The position numbers were made by a program, and so were the translations under genes. Positions 19,879 to 28,901 of a DNA stretch of 64,000 nucleotides are shown in pieces (the first letter of the stretch is position 1; the number at the start of each line of letters is the position of its first letter). The notes beneath the pieces are model-generated. The model was not told the origin of the DNA. It ran no database searches and saw nothing but the letters and a program-made list of their open reading frames with translations. The DNA is taken from contig JAHJIQ010000007.1 in the NCBI GenBank assembly GCA_018823285.1, positions 4,536 to 68,535 on the forward strand. The letters are read 5' to 3'. This DNA is from Pseudomonadota bacterium (GTDB lineage: Bacteria > Desulfobacterota > Desulfobulbia > Desulfobulbales > JAGXFP01).

Positions 19879-20367
19879 TTAATCTGCCTGATTCATAGGG
19901 CGAGGTGGAACAACCAGGCCATGAGAGCTGCCCAGCCTTCTGACCATGTCGAGGAATGAGTTGGGCATTGGCAGACTGCGATCTGTCAGGAGAAGGCCAC
20001 GGTCTTCAGCCGTGCGGAGAACTGAGTCGTCCGCATCTTCTCCCCGTTCGATACGGTTACAGATGGTTTGCATGCGCAGAGCATCTGTTAGAGGGATCAG
20101 GACTCTTTCGCCAGTTTCAGTCAGAGCCGCAATTTCCTGATCAATCAATGCTTTGTTTTCGCGGGTGAACGAGGCAAAAGGTTCCTCGGTGTTTGCCTGG
20201 GCAAACAGTGCATTCAAAACGGCTCCGGCCAGCATATTTCCGAAACGACTGTCGCTCTCTTTATGATGTTCCTGAATCTGTCCCTGGATCGTTCTAAAAA
20301 GAATCATTCGAATAATTTCGATGCCCTCTCGAAGTATCGGGATCAGCTTGCTGTCAAACTCCTTCAT
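19879..20367 (-). CDS. Hypothetical cytoplasmic protein
   Basis: ORF with an internal ATG (MKEFDSKLIP...) and no signal peptide. Last gene downstream of the repeat-protein locus. Confidence 0.4.
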   Translation of the reverse strand: MKEFDSKLIPILREGIEIIRMILFRTIQGQIQEHHKESDSRFGNMLAGAVLNALFAQANTEEPFASFTRENKALIDQEIAALTETGERVLIPLTDALRMQTICNRIERGEDADDSVLRTAEDRGLLLTDRSLPMPNSFLDMVRRLGSSHGLVVPPRPMNQAD

Positions 20368-20491
20368 TGTTGATCCTTGCTGTGATTCTGATAAGAGAAG
20401 AGCCGTCATTCTTTCCAGTATTGAAGAAAGAATGACGGCTCATGTTGTTTTCAGGGATGGAGAAACTCCAACCCTGGATTGCGATCAGAGT

Positions 20492-20854
20492 CTATTTGCC
20501 GCTGGTCTGGATCTTGTCACCCTTAGACTCATCAATAATAATGACATCCCCATGGATGGTGCTTCCCGCACCCATGACAACACTATTCATGTTGTTGTCT
20601 CCGCTCCCGGAAGAGGAACTGGAACTGGAGGAAGAAGCACCCCTCTGGGCGCTATGCTGGGCAACTGCAGCCTGTGATTTGGAATTCATGATGATGAATT
20701 TGATGTTCTTGTCGCCCTTTCCCATGTCATCATAACTGGCGATACCGTCGTCAGTGGATTTTGATATGCCGTCATCTAGATCATCGGCCATGGCAACACC
20801 AAAGCATGAAAAGAGGAGCAGTGATAATAGTAAAAACAATTTGATATTTTTCAT
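20492..20854 (-). CDS. Small secreted protein with a poly-Ser tract and one degenerate copy of the locus repeat
   Basis: Signal peptide MKNIKLFLLLSLLLFSCFGVAMA/DD, an S9 run, then NNMNSVVMGAGSTIHGDVIII, which resembles the NxA(V/I)GxGxxAxxGSV core of the neighbouring repeat proteins. Confidence 0.6.
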   Translation of the reverse strand: MKNIKLFLLLSLLLFSCFGVAMADDLDDGISKSTDDGIASYDDMGKGDKNIKFIIMNSKSQAAVAQHSAQRGASSSSSSSSSGSGDNNMNSVVMGAGSTIHGDVIIIDESKGDKIQTSGK

Positions 20855-20945
20855 CTTACATCCCTCAAATCAATTGACCTTTAACATCAAAACCAAATCA
20901 ACAGGCTGTTATTAGCTGATCAAAATAATAACAGAGGTTTATCCA

Positions 20946-21881
20946 TTATTCAACAGTAACTGATCCCATGCTGGCTTCGGAACCAGCACCAATGGCAACG
21001 TTAGCAGACTTGTCAACATTGGCTTTGTTGGAAATTGTGCCTTTGATGTCCGCATTCTTGATGGTGACAGAACCCATATTTGCGGTAGCGCCCTTACCAA
21101 TGGCAACGTTTGCTGACTTGCTGACGTTAGACTGGTTGGAAACAGTGCCTTTCACATTAGCTCTGTCCAAAGTCACGGAACCCATATTGGCAGTAGCGCC
21201 TTGACCGATGGCAACGTTAGCAGACTTGTCAACATTAGCCTTGTTGGAAACAGTCCCTTTAATGTTGCTGTTTTTCATGGTAACAGAACCCATATTTGCG
21301 GTAGCGCCCTTGCCGATGGCAACGTTTGCGGACTTGCTGACGTTAGAGCGGTTGGAAACGGTGCCCTGCACACTGCCCCTTTCCATGGTAACTGAGCCCA
21401 TGTTGGCGGTAGCGCCCTGGCCGATAGCAACGTTGGCGGATTTGTCGACGTTGGCCCGGTTTGAAATGGTGCCCTTTACATTACCACCCTTCACAGTTAC
21501 AGAACCCATATTGGCGGTAGCGCCCTTGCCAATGGCAACGTTTGCGGACTTGCTGACATTGGACTGGTTGGAAACAGTGCCTTTGATATTAGCCCTGTCA
21601 AGAGACACGGAACCCATGTTGGCGGTAGCGCCCTGACCGATGGCAACGTTTGCAGACTTGTCAACATTGGACTTGTTGGAAACGGTGCCTTGAATGTTGG
21701 AGCCTTTAACGCCTACCGAACCCATCCTGGCGGTGGCACCCTTACCGATGGCAACGTTTGCGGACTTGCTGACATTGGACTGGTTGGAAACAGTACCTTT
21801 AATGTCGGATTTTGCCATTGAGGCAGTTGAAAAACCCATGACCAGACTTAATGCTGTTACTGCGATGACTGCTTTCTTCAT
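20946..21881 (-). CDS. Secreted tandem-repeat protein, 8 x 36-aa repeats (curlin-like core NVAIGxGATANMGSV)
   Basis: Signal peptide ...STASMA/KSD, then eight head-to-tail 36-aa units (GTVSNxSNVxKSANVAIGxGATANMGSVxxxxxxxK) that alternate between two subtypes. Strong RBS aaggagggg. Confidence 0.8.
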   Translation of the reverse strand: MKKAVIAVTALSLVMGFSTASMAKSDIKGTVSNQSNVSKSANVAIGKGATARMGSVGVKGSNIQGTVSNKSNVDKSANVAIGQGATANMGSVSLDRANIKGTVSNQSNVSKSANVAIGKGATANMGSVTVKGGNVKGTISNRANVDKSANVAIGQGATANMGSVTMERGSVQGTVSNRSNVSKSANVAIGKGATANMGSVTMKNSNIKGTVSNKANVDKSANVAIGQGATANMGSVTLDRANVKGTVSNQSNVSKSANVAIGKGATANMGSVTIKNADIKGTISNKANVDKSANVAIGAGSEASMGSVTVE

Positions 21882-21929
21882 TTTAACCCCTCCTTAAGTG
21901 GTTGTTTAGAAGTGTGGACACCCGCGCTT

Positions 21930-24900
21930 CTACTTCATGATAACTGAGTTTTTGTTGGACTTGCTGCCACCGGTGGCGACATTGATATTCTGTCCGAAAC
22001 TGAAGGGAGAATCAGTGTCGTTCACCGTAATACCTCTACCTGATGAAACCGATACATTGCCATTCACAGTGCCACTTTTTATAATTACGGCGCCGGAATT
22101 GGCTTCAGAACCGGATCCGACAGCGGCATTTACTGCCACCATACCGCCGTGGACATTGGTTGAAACATTGCCCCGGACGGTGCTGTTTTCGATTTTGGTG
22201 GTGCCCATGTTGGCCTCGGAATTGCTGCCGACTGCGACATTAATGGCCCCTCCACGAACCTTATTGGTGATATTGCCGCCGACATTGCTGTTTCTGATGA
22301 TTGTCGCGGCCTGGTTGGCTTCAGCTCTGCTGCCGACGGCGACGTTCAGTGCTCCACCCCCAACTGTATTCTTGATGTTCCCGCGGACCGTGCTGTTTTC
22401 GATGTTGGTGGCCGCCTGATTGGCTATCGCACGATTCCCGACGGCAACGTTCAGTGCTGCACCACCCACAGTGTTGGTGATGTTGCCCTTAACATCGCTG
22501 TTTTCGATGTTGGTAGCTGCCTGATTGGCAACTGTACGGTTTCCCACTGCTACGTTCAAAGCCGCGCCGGCAACCTGATTGTTTACATTTCCGGAAACAT
22601 TGCTGTTTTTTATCTTCAAGGCTGCCTGATTGGCCTCTGATCTGTTGCCCACCGCAACATTCAGGGCGGCTCCGCCGACTGTGTTCTTAGCAGTGCCTTT
22701 GAAGCTGCTGTTTTCCATCTTGACCGCAGCCTGGTTGGCCTCTACCCTGTTGCCCACTGCGACGTTTAGAGCAGCACCGGCAACTGTGTTTACTGCATTT
22801 CCGCTGAAACTGCTGTTTTCCATTTTGACGGCGGCCTGGTTGGCTTCGGCCCTGTTGCCCACAGCAACGTTCAGAGCAGCTCCGGCAACGGTGTTTACCG
22901 CATTGCCTTTGAAGCTGCTGTTCTCCATTTTGACCGCAGCCTGATTAGCCTCAGCCCTGTTGCCTACTGCAACGTTCAGGCCAGCCCCAGCCACGGTGTT
23001 CACTGCGTTGCCGCTGAAATTGCTGTTCTCCATTTTAACGGCGGCCTGGTTGGCCTCTACCCTGTTCCCCACAGCAACGTTCAAGGCGGCGCCGCCAACG
23101 GTATTCACGGCATTGCCCTTGAAGCTGCTGTTTTCCATCTTGACTGCAGCCTGGTTGGCCTCAGCCCTGTTGCCGACAGCGACGTTCAATCCTGCCCCGG
23201 CCACGGTGTTCACCGCATTGCCTTTGAAATCACTGTTTTTCATGTTCACAGCGGCTTGGTTTGCTTCGGCCCGGTTACCAACAGCAACGTTCAGGGCAGC
23301 ACCGCCGACGGTGTTGACGGCATTGCCTTTGAAACTGCTGTTCTCCATCTTGACGGCAGCCTGATTGGCCTCTACCCTGTTCCCCACCGCAACATTCAGG
23401 CCAGCCCCAGCCACGGTGTTCACCGCGTTACCATTGAAGCTGCTGTTTTCCATTTTGACCGCGGCCTGGTTTGCTTCGGCTCTATTGCCGACTGCAACGT
23501 TTAAAGCCGCTCCGCCAACGGTATTGACTGCAGCGCCTTTGAACTCGCTGTTTTTCATGTTCACAGCGGCCTGGTTGGCTTCTGCCCGATTGCCGACAGC
23601 AACGTTAAGAGCGCCGCCGACGACCGTATTAACGGCTGCGCCTTTCATTGTACTGTTTTCCATCTTCAGTGCGGCCTGATTTGCTTCAGCCCGATTCCCT
23701 ACGGCAACGTTAACTGCCCCAAGGGCTCCGATAGAGTTCACAGCGGCACCTTCAAGGCTGCTGTTCTCCATTTTCACTGAGGCCTGGTTGGCTTCAACCC
23801 GGTTGCCGACTGCAACGTTGACCAGGTTCTGACCGATAGCGGTATTGACAATTGCGCCTTTGACCTTGGAGTTCTCCAAGCTGGTTGCGACCTGTCTTGC
23901 TTCAGCCCTGTTGCCGACGCCTACATTGACGAGATTCTGGCCGACGGCACTGTTGACAATCGCGCCGGTAACCGATGAATTATTAAGGTTGGTTGCGGCC
24001 TGGCTTGCGGTGACTCTGTTACCGACGCCTACATTAACCAGATTTTGCCCGACTGCGGTGTTGATGGCTGCACCGGTCATCTGGCTGCCGCTCATTTTAA
24101 TGGAGGCCTGATTGGCTTCGACCCTGTTGCCGACCCCGACGTTAACCATGTTTTGCCCAACAGCGGTATTAATGGCGGCACCGGTGAGCTTTGATTTTTC
24201 CAGGGTTGTTGCTGCCTGGGTGGCATCGACCCTGTTGCCGACTCCGACATTGACCATATTCTGACCGACGGCAGTATTCAAAACGGCGCCGGTCACCTGA
24301 CTGCCGTTCATTTTGATTGACGCCTGGTTGGCTTCGACCCTGTTTCCAACTCCGACATTGATCATGTTTTTACCGACAGCCGTATTTATGGCGGCGCCAG
24401 TCAATTTGCTGTTATCCATTACCACTGAAGACTGGCTCGCTTTGACTCTGTTGCCGACCGCGACGTTAATTGACTGGTCAACCACGGAAGTATTCAGGAT
24501 TGCGCCGGTCGACGTGCTGTTCTCCATGCGGATCGAAGACTGGTTCGCATCAACCTGATTTCCTACAGCGACATTGATGGCATTTTTGCCCATGGCCGTA
24601 TTGATTGCAGCCCCGGTAATATTGCTGTTCTTGGTATTTATTGATGCCTGATTGGCAGAAACTTTGTTGCCAACGGCGACGTTAATGTTCTTGTCAACCA
24701 TGTTGGTGTTGATCGCTGCGCCGGTGAGTTTGCCACCAAGTTTTATTGATCCCTGGGTTGCCTCAGCTTTGTTGCCAACAGCAACGTTGACGTTCTGCTT
24801 TCCTTTATTGGCGTTAATAACCGCGCCGGACATATCAAGATTCTTAAGTGCAACTGAACTCTGATGGGCTGTACTGTCTTTGCCCACCGCTACGTTTACA

Positions 24901-25025
24901 TCTTTGGAAATCTGGTCCGGGATGTTCAGCACCGCGCCCTTTACATTGGACTCGGCTGCAACCGGAGAGACGGCGGTGATGAAAAAACAGGGAGCAAGAA
25001 TCGTCAGCAATAGTACTTTTTTCAT
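21930..25025 (-). CDS. Giant secreted tandem-repeat protein, ~27-28 x 35-36-aa repeats (core NVAVGNRAEANQ)
   Basis: Start at MKKVLLLTILAPCFFITAVSPVAA/ESN (RBS gggagg). The rest of the protein is repeats such as GNAVNTVAGAGLNVAVGNRAEANQAAVKMENSSFK. No Cys or Trp in the mature part and aromatics are scarce. Confidence 0.8.
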   Translation of the reverse strand: MKKVLLLTILAPCFFITAVSPVAAESNVKGAVLNIPDQISKDVNVAVGKDSTAHQSSVALKNLDMSGAVINANKGKQNVNVAVGNKAEATQGSIKLGGKLTGAAINTNMVDKNINVAVGNKVSANQASINTKNSNITGAAINTAMGKNAINVAVGNQVDANQSSIRMENSTSTGAILNTSVVDQSINVAVGNRVKASQSSVVMDNSKLTGAAINTAVGKNMINVGVGNRVEANQASIKMNGSQVTGAVLNTAVGQNMVNVGVGNRVDATQAATTLEKSKLTGAAINTAVGQNMVNVGVGNRVEANQASIKMSGSQMTGAAINTAVGQNLVNVGVGNRVTASQAATNLNNSSVTGAIVNSAVGQNLVNVGVGNRAEARQVATSLENSKVKGAIVNTAIGQNLVNVAVGNRVEANQASVKMENSSLEGAAVNSIGALGAVNVAVGNRAEANQAALKMENSTMKGAAVNTVVGGALNVAVGNRAEANQAAVNMKNSEFKGAAVNTVGGAALNVAVGNRAEANQAAVKMENSSFNGNAVNTVAGAGLNVAVGNRVEANQAAVKMENSSFKGNAVNTVGGAALNVAVGNRAEANQAAVNMKNSDFKGNAVNTVAGAGLNVAVGNRAEANQAAVKMENSSFKGNAVNTVGGAALNVAVGNRVEANQAAVKMENSNFSGNAVNTVAGAGLNVAVGNRAEANQAAVKMENSSFKGNAVNTVAGAALNVAVGNRAEANQAAVKMENSSFSGNAVNTVAGAALNVAVGNRVEANQAAVKMENSSFKGTAKNTVGGAALNVAVGNRSEANQAALKIKNSNVSGNVNNQVAGAALNVAVGNRTVANQAATNIENSDVKGNITNTVGGAALNVAVGNRAIANQAATNIENSTVRGNIKNTVGGGALNVAVGSRAEANQAATIIRNSNVGGNITNKVRGGAINVAVGSNSEANMGTTKIENSTVRGNVSTNVHGGMVAVNAAVGSGSEANSGAVIIKSGTVNGNVSVSSGRGITVNDTDSPFSFGQNINVATGGSKSNKNSVIMK

Positions 25026-25323
25026 AGCGGCCCTCCCGGAACGCCTGAAGGCTGTTCCAGAATTGAGATTGTTCATTTATTACTGGTCAGCAAGTGATCG
25101 TATATAATTTCCAAGAGTCAGTGTTACATGCAAAGGTGAATATAATATTCAAAAGAAAGGCTCGTTCTGTTTCTGCCTTGGATACTTGAATAGACATTTG
25201 GAAGCCTTAATAACATAATATGCATTATACAAATGCTCCGCTCAACTGACAGTGAACTTTTGCCAATTTTTCTGTGAACAAATCACTCTTTGTAAATATG
25301 GGTTTTCTGTAAACCATTTGCGG

Positions 25324-25722
25324 TTAATCCCAGGTGAAATCGGCGCTGATTTTTGCAGCGCCGGAGACGTTGGAAACATTCAGAACAGTGTCAAACGACA
25401 CGGACTCTCCGTTCATAATCGGCTGATGCCCCTTTATGGGCATTTCTGTTGAGTGGAGCACGGCACCGGATATTGACAGAATGTGCAGAACAAGGTGCCC
25501 CCGCAGAACAATTCGGGAGATGTTTTTAATGCTTCCTTTCACAATTACTACTTTATTGGCAGGGTGATACTCTGCTTCCATGGAATCAAGAGTGACATAG
25601 GCATATTCCTGATCGGTCGAAGTAAGTGTTTTTCCGATGGCCGAGTTGTCGCTAACAGAGAACAACGTAAGTGCTGTAAGTAGCACAAATACCAGTATGG
25701 TGTTAGAAAGTCTTTTGGTCAT
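25324..25722 (-). CDS. Small secreted/anchored accessory protein (predicted beta-rich)
   Basis: N-terminal hydrophobic signal (MTKRLSNTILVFVLLTALTLFSV). The remainder has alternating beta-strand-like patterns. Lies between the secretion genes and the repeat genes. Confidence 0.5.
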   Translation of the reverse strand: MTKRLSNTILVFVLLTALTLFSVSDNSAIGKTLTSTDQEYAYVTLDSMEAEYHPANKVVIVKGSIKNISRIVLRGHLVLHILSISGAVLHSTEMPIKGHQPIMNGESVSFDTVLNVSNVSGAAKISADFTWD

Positions 25723-25836
25723 AGCCAACGCCTTTTTCAAACACATCATTTTCAGCCCCGGTCTCTTCTCCCTGCCAAAATTATGAGGCCCGGGGTTGAT
25801 TTGGATAAAGCCGCACCATTGTGCGTAATGATATAA

Positions 25837-26133
25837 TCACTTCACTGAACTGAACGGTTTTTTTAATTCGTTTTTAACTATTTTGCTCTCAAGTACAGAC
25901 CCATATTCACGGCTGTATACGGTCCGTGTTTCGCCGGTAACTGTGTCGATAACAAAGGCACCTATAACCCCACCTTTGTCGCCTATGGAAGTTGCCCATG
26001 ACGAAAGCTGATAACGCCCGTTATCGAGAGCAAGAGTTGGGGTTCCTTCAACTTCAATTACCTGGTATGCCCCGGTTAGCAGAAGAAACATCAGGGTGAC
26101 ACCAACGCCGAACAAAAAATATTTGATTTTCAT
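25837..26133 (-). CDS. Small membrane-anchored accessory protein
   Basis: MKIKYFLFGVGVTLMFLLLTGAY... single N-terminal TM, 98 aa, same operon. Confidence 0.5.
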   Translation of the reverse strand: MKIKYFLFGVGVTLMFLLLTGAYQVIEVEGTPTLALDNGRYQLSSWATSIGDKGGVIGAFVIDTVTGETRTVYSREYGSVLESKIVKNELKKPFSSVK

Positions 26134-26170
26134 GATCATCTCCAATTGTCGCAACAGGCTTTTATCGTGA

Positions 26171-26905
26171 TCATTTGGTCTGGGCTCTAGAGAAATCGTC
26201 AGATTGAGCGCCCTGGCCTTCTACCTCTATAAATTCATCCGGATCCAGGATCTTCTGGCCGATAATTTCAGAGACCTCTTTGGTGTCGATTGTGAGTTTC
26301 ACAAAGGCATCGCCAGCGGCGTCCCAGCCGTAGTCTTTCAGCCTGGCAAGGTAGATGGTTGCGAGTACTTTTGATTTAACCACATCTGATTTGAGCATGT
26401 AATTTTCAACGGTCGTCTCACTTTCCAGGGTGAAGCCGACTATCCGTTTTGCAAGTTGTTTGTAAGCATCAATTTCTGCGGCACGCAATGCGCCAAGAGG
26501 GGCAACCATTGCAGGGGTGGAGGTTGCAAAACCGACCCGGGTAAAAGACTTGCCGTTAAAATTCATCGGCATGCCGTCGATGTTCTCAAACTCGTTAAGA
26601 GTGATCGTGGCGGTGGCTTTGGCAATGTCTTTTTCGGCGTCGTAGACCACTTCATCGATTTTGACGCCCCGGATCTCAGCTTTGGTCTTTGATTCGGTCC
26701 GGCCTTCAAAGCTCGTTGCCATCATGTTTTCCACCGACTCGGTGGATCTGATTTTGAGTCCGTAAATTGCCTCTACGATTGCTCGCTCAGCTATAATCTT
26801 AGCGGCTCTGGTGGTCATGATTTTTTTGTTGCCGGCCAGTGCCGTTAATGGTGAGCATAATAGGGCTATTGCGATCAGGATTGTTGAAATTCTAAGGATG
26901 CGCAT
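26171..26905 (-). CDS. LPP20-like periplasmic/lipoprotein-family protein (two LPP20-type repeats)
   Basis: Signal peptide, then two copies of A-R-A-A-x-I-x-A...L-x-x-x-I-x-G-x-x-I/L-x-S-x-T-x-V-E-N (TTRAAKIIAERAIVEAIYGLKIRSTESVENMM; GALRAAEIDAYKQLAKRIVGFTLESETTVENYM). RBS gggagga. Confidence 0.5.
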   Translation of the reverse strand: MRILRISTILIAIALLCSPLTALAGNKKIMTTRAAKIIAERAIVEAIYGLKIRSTESVENMMATSFEGRTESKTKAEIRGVKIDEVVYDAEKDIAKATATITLNEFENIDGMPMNFNGKSFTRVGFATSTPAMVAPLGALRAAEIDAYKQLAKRIVGFTLESETTVENYMLKSDVVKSKVLATIYLARLKDYGWDAAGDAFVKLTIDTKEVSEIIGQKILDPDEFIEVEGQGAQSDDFSRAQTK

Positions 26906-26989
26906 GTTTGTTCCTCCCTGCATGTATATCATTCAGTTTCTGAAAATTGTTAATTGTTATTATGATAACACCCGTTAAACAGGCAGATT

Positions 26990-28345
26990 TTACCATTCAT
27001 CGTCTTTCAGTTTACGACCAAAACCGAACCCGGCTCTCTTTGGTGCAGCCGCCGGAGCGGGAGCGGCTTCGGGTTGAGCGGCTGGAGCGGCCTGGGCCTG
27101 GGCAATTTCCTGGTCGGCATATACCGCAGTTTCAACGTTCTGGGCAACCGGAGCAGCAGCAACCTGTGGGGTGGAGGCAGCATTCGCTTCTGCGGCCATC
27201 GCCGCCTCGTACAGGATATTGTTCAACGCTTTGCGGCGTGCACGGGCTTCATCACGGAAAGGCATGGTGGTATAAATTGCAATAAACTGGTCCTTGGATA
27301 TTTTCTTGCTGCCGATCTGGTAGGCGGGATCAAATTTTGCCAATGCGGCTTCGGTCTGAGAGTCAAGCTGACCGGTCATTTGAAGATCGTAGCCGTGAAT
27401 GTAAAGCCATTGCTGCACTGCTGCGGTTTTGGCGGCATCATCCATCGAGTAGTATATTTCTTCCAATGATTCCAGCACGATCGGGTCTGGATTTGCATCG
27501 TCTCCAAGCAATCTCCAGTATGGAAGATTGAGATATTTACCGATCATTTGTACCATACTGACCTGAACGAGCAGACGAACCGCTTCATGGCGCCCCTGTA
27601 CTTTTTTGACGGAACCCTTCAGTCCGAAAGTCGGGCCGAAAAGAGTAAGGCCGATCTCTTTTTCCTTCATGGCTTTGTGGACTTCCATACTGTTGGTGGT
27701 GGTCATTTTCGGGATGCCGGTCAACGTGTTGGGATCTATCATATTAAAATCAATGGTGATACGCGCCTTGCCGGTTTTTCCGGTGTTGCCGAAGTTTGCC
27801 CCAACTTGTTCTGATGGCAGGGAGGTTTTGATTCCCTTGATATTGGCAGTTGCAGCGGCATCCATTCCTTCTCCTCTGGTTTCAAGTCCCCTGTCGAATT
27901 CGGTGATGCCACCGGTTAATACCACATCGGGTTTGATTTTGTTCTCAAAGGAAGAGTATCCGGTGACCATCTGGTTCTGAATAAAGGCCGGGTCGTAGGG
28001 GACATAGCCAACACCGCCACCTATCGAGTTCAGGGTGCTTTTCATGATCTCGGTAATATTCCTCTGGATTTCGCCACCGGTTGTAGCGGCGGTGCCTGTA
28101 TTGTCGGCAATGTCGGTGGACATTATATTGACAAGGCCGGTATCATAGACACCGGTCATGATTCCCAGTTCCGAGAGGGCTTTATTGTATGAAGTAATTT
28201 TGACTTCCGGAGCTGATTCTTCAAGCTCAACATCCACGTCGCGCGGGTCCATCCCTCCGCATGAAACGACCAACGGCAGAAATGCAGCCAGCAATGTACT
28301 CCACAGGATCTTTCTGAATAATGCGCCTGAAGTATTAACGCTCAT
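26990..28345 (-). CDS. CsgG/HfaB-family-like outer-membrane lipoprotein with a C-terminal peptidoglycan-binding-like domain and an Ala/Pro/Gln-rich tail
   Basis: Lipobox LVVSC. Segments alignable by eye to E. coli CsgG (DVVLTGGITEFD vs NIMVEGSIIGYE; ARITIDFNMIDPNTLTGI vs IAVNLRVVNVSTGEIL). QQWLYIHGYDLQMTGQLDSQTEAALAKF resembles PG_binding_1. Confidence 0.6.
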   Translation of the reverse strand: MSVNTSGALFRKILWSTLLAAFLPLVVSCGGMDPRDVDVELEESAPEVKITSYNKALSELGIMTGVYDTGLVNIMSTDIADNTGTAATTGGEIQRNITEIMKSTLNSIGGGVGYVPYDPAFIQNQMVTGYSSFENKIKPDVVLTGGITEFDRGLETRGEGMDAAATANIKGIKTSLPSEQVGANFGNTGKTGKARITIDFNMIDPNTLTGIPKMTTTNSMEVHKAMKEKEIGLTLFGPTFGLKGSVKKVQGRHEAVRLLVQVSMVQMIGKYLNLPYWRLLGDDANPDPIVLESLEEIYYSMDDAAKTAAVQQWLYIHGYDLQMTGQLDSQTEAALAKFDPAYQIGSKKISKDQFIAIYTTMPFRDEARARRKALNNILYEAAMAAEANAASTPQVAAAPVAQNVETAVYADQEIAQAQAAPAAQPEAAPAPAAAPKRAGFGFGRKLKDDEW

Positions 28346-28901
28346 GATCTTCCTCTCCATTTCTAACTTAATTAGGATATTAATATATTAAATAAGTGGA
28401 ACCCATATCAAAGAAGGTCGGGTTTGGAACCTCGACATGTAGAGTTTTCCACTCCTAGATTACATAGAGCTGAGTATTAAAGTCAACAAATAAAGTTCCA
28501 GCAAAAACCGGCTTTCGGGACGTGGTGTACAATCATGGAAAAGATCGTGTTGTCAGGGTCTTGGCTCGATTTGTGCTGTCGGCTCGATGTCATGAATCCA
28601 TTATATATCTCAGTGTTACAAATAAACCGTGAAGTTTGTTGCCTGATTTTTGTGATTTAATAACACCTAAAGATTTTTTACAGGTAACAACAGTTTGGCA
28701 AAAGGTGCAATAGGTTGTCAGAAATATATTCCGCCTGTTTTCGCTAATTTTCAAGTTGAACGAGCAGTTGGCCGGGGGATGATATGTGCTGTGCAGAGGT
28801 GTAATTTGCTAGGAGAGAGTTATAATTCGATTGAAAAAGTGGCATCTTGCTGTAATCTGTTAAATGCTGCCAAATGAACAATAAAATGGAAGGTGGATGC
28901 A

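Noticed and set aside
22630-24111. Plus-strand ORFs of 80-134 aa with LLPTATFRAAPATVFTA-type repeats (for example 22630..22944, 22960..23364, 23365..23679)
   Set aside because: They are antisense shadows of the tandem-repeat gene on the minus strand. They lack RBSs and signal peptides, and their periodicity simply mirrors the 105-bp coding repeat.
20946-25076. Possible CRISPR array or non-coding satellite because of the regular DNA periodicity
   Set aside because: The repeats are contiguous with no unique spacers, their lengths are multiples of 3 (105/108 bp), and they sit in long ORFs with signal peptides and RBSs. They are coding tandem repeats.
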